64,000 nt of DNA from IMG/VR virus record IMGVR_UViG_3300035135_002626; one strand, written 5' to 3'. The DNA is from a virus. The notes under the pieces were generated by a model that was not told the origin of the DNA, made no database searches, and saw nothing but the letters and a program-made list of their open reading frames with translations. Shown piece by piece: positions 62,324 to 64,000 of this stretch (its first letter is position 1; every line of letters starts with the position of its first letter). The position numbers were made by a program, and so were the translations under genes.

Positions 62324-64000
62324 ATGTCCTTAGATTTAGATTATTCGTTGTTAAGTACACAAAAGCGTGTTTACGAATATACTGCAGCACTAAACCAAAT
62401 CACTTTTAGTGGTGCTGACGCTGCGGGCAACGTGCTAGCAATAGACACGAACTCGACAGTAAAAGTATACGTAAATGAAGTTTTGCAAACCTCTGGCGTG
62501 GTTTCAAACAGTACAAATAATAACGTAACATTTTCAAGTGCACCAAATACAGATAGTGGCACTTATACTGTTACAATTATTATTGTAGACGCTGCAACTG
62601 ATACAACATTTTTAACCACTGTAACAAGTGAATCACTTGACGCTGAAACATATATTGAAGTAAACGATCCTGCATACGATCCGCTAGATACAAACACATA
62701 TTACTCAGACATTAAAATTGAAAGTTACTTAGATGACTTAGAGTATGCTACAGAAGATTTTGCTGTTAGTTCAAGTTTAAGTAGTTTGAACTTTGCAATT
62801 GCTGAAGCAACTGATTTGTTCTTAGAAGAAAAAAATAATAGAATTGACGCTGATACTACACTACAAACAAACATTGATGCTATTGATGCAACAGCAGGTA
62901 GTGCAGTACAAACAAGTGATTTTGACAGTTTATTTGACACCAGACTAGCAACAAAAGACACAAATGATCTAGACGAGGGCGTAACTGAATATTCAGACGT
63001 TGTTATTACTGGCACAGCACAAGCACCAAATACAATTGCTGCACAAACATATAATCAAACAGTAGTAACTGGTACAGTTGCTAACCCAACTAATACAACA
63101 GCAGACCCGTTAATCATCAATGGTACTTCAATTAACTTTAGTACAACAAACTTGCCACTTGGTGATATCATTAACGAAATTACTGCAGCCGCTATTCCAA
63201 ATTTACTAGCAGCATCAACAATTACAAATGAAATTGAACTTACATATGCACCGCAAAACGCAAACGACGATTTAACAATCGGTGCAAACCAAACTGCAAC
63301 TGACTTTGGATTTACAGCAGGTGCAACAGCACCGACAGTTGCAAACACAACTTATACACAAGTTATTATTAATGGTACAACAGTTGATATTGTTGACCAA
63401 CAAGGCGGACTTACAAGTGACATCGACGATGTTGTTGCAAGTATTAACGGTGCAAGTATTGCAGGTATTGTTGCAGATAAGGACGGCAACGATGCACTAG
63501 TACTTACATATTCACCGCCAAATGGCAATGCACTAGACTTAGTTATTGGTGCAGGTACAGCAAACACAGATTTAGGATTAACAGCAGGTACAACTACAAG
63601 TACAACAACTGATCCTAATTTATACTTTACACAAGCGAGAGCAAGAGGATCAATTAGTGTTAGCGGTGACTTGTCATATGACCAAGCAACAGGTGTTATC
63701 AGTACACAAGGACTTGCGAGTAGTACAACAGACGACTTAGCAGAAGGTTCAACTAACCTTTACTTTACAGATGCTAGAGCAAGAGCAGCACTAAGTGGCG
63801 GCACAGGTGTAACTTATGACAGTGGCACAGGTGTTATTGCTATTGGACAAGAAGTTGAAACAACTTCAGATGTATCATTTAACACAGTAACAACAGCATC
63901 TAATGTTACAATTAACGGTAACTTAACAGTTCAAGGTACAACTACAACAGTTAATTCAAACCAAGTTGACATTGGCGACAGTATTATCCTACTTAACAGT
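62324..64000 (+). CDS. fibre protein, N-terminal part (runs off the window)
   Basis: Open frame from ATG 62324 to the window end (559 codons, absent from the ORF track): MSLDLDYSLLSTQKRVYEYTAALNQITFSG... N-terminus is paralogous to the 1234 ORF; later TTDDLAEGSTNLYFTDARA and GNLTVQGTTTTVNS repeats match the giant protein. Confidence 0.8.
   Translation, partial: MSLDLDYSLLSTQKRVYEYTAALNQITFSGADAAGNVLAIDTNSTVKVYVNEVLQTSGVVSNSTNNNVTFSSAPNTDSGTYTVTIIIVDAATDTTFLTTVTSESLDAETYIEVNDPAYDPLDTNTYYSDIKIESYLDDLEYATEDFAVSSSLSSLNFAIAEATDLFLEEKNNRIDADTTLQTNIDAIDATAGSAVQTSDFDSLFDTRLATKDTNDLDEGVTEYSDVVITGTAQAPNTIAAQTYNQTVVTGTVANPTNTTADPLIINGTSINFSTTNLPLGDIINEITAAAIPNLLAASTITNEIELTYAPQNANDDLTIGANQTATDFGFTAGATAPTVANTTYTQVIINGTTVDIVDQQGGLTSDIDDVVASINGASIAGIVADKDGNDALVLTYSPPNGNALDLVIGAGTANTDLGLTAGTTTSTTTDPNLYFTQARARGSISVSGDLSYDQATGVISTQGLASSTTDDLAEGSTNLYFTDARARAALSGGTGVTYDSGTGVIAIGQEVETTSDVSFNTVTTASNVTINGNLTVQGTTTTVNSNQVDIGDSIILLNS

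Noticed and set aside
438-63567. Numerous minus-strand and alternate-frame ORFs in the track (e.g. 8601-9437, 56486-57091, 35536-35937)
   Set aside because: They lie entirely opposite or inside long + strand genes, have the V/P/S/L-rich composition expected from antisense ACA/GCA/GGT/GAT codons, and lack SD or promoter support.

Overview
This AT-rich window looks like part of the virion-structural (fibre/adhesin) region of a large T4-superfamily-like bacteriophage, probably aquatic (inferred from protein motifs). It holds 32 closely packed CDSs, all on the + strand, two of them cut by the window edges. About a dozen (T)ATAAATA late-promoter boxes sit 21-35 nt upstream of start codons. I saw no enzymes, RNA genes, mobile elements or CRISPR arrays. 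Almost every product is built from a small kit of modules: (i) an N-terminal ~35-aa 'FPxxPxxGD..TYxY..GxW' module on 15 genes; (ii) related 'GDLW' and 'GDxAxV..LYxWNG..W' knobs, with ~21 GDLW knobs in one 5,807-aa fibre; (iii) a cadherin/Ig-like 'DGTPTVIT..DPE' spacer on 8 genes; (iv) variable heads: ten six-repeat Kelch-like propellers, LamG lectin domains and two Gly-rich adhesins; and (v) seven cupredoxin-like domains with an intact His...Cys-x2-His-x2-Met ligand set. Two multi-gene cassettes are tandemly duplicated. Whole domains are inserted inside conserved modules. The one clearly non-fibre gene (310 aa, coiled-coil) has a near-consensus sigma70 promoter with a late box nested in its spacer. 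The leading hypothesis, which is inference, is a branched multi-adhesin apparatus in which many diversified heads dock by a shared module, possibly carrying type-1 copper sites. All domain names come from motif recognition by eye, not database searches.
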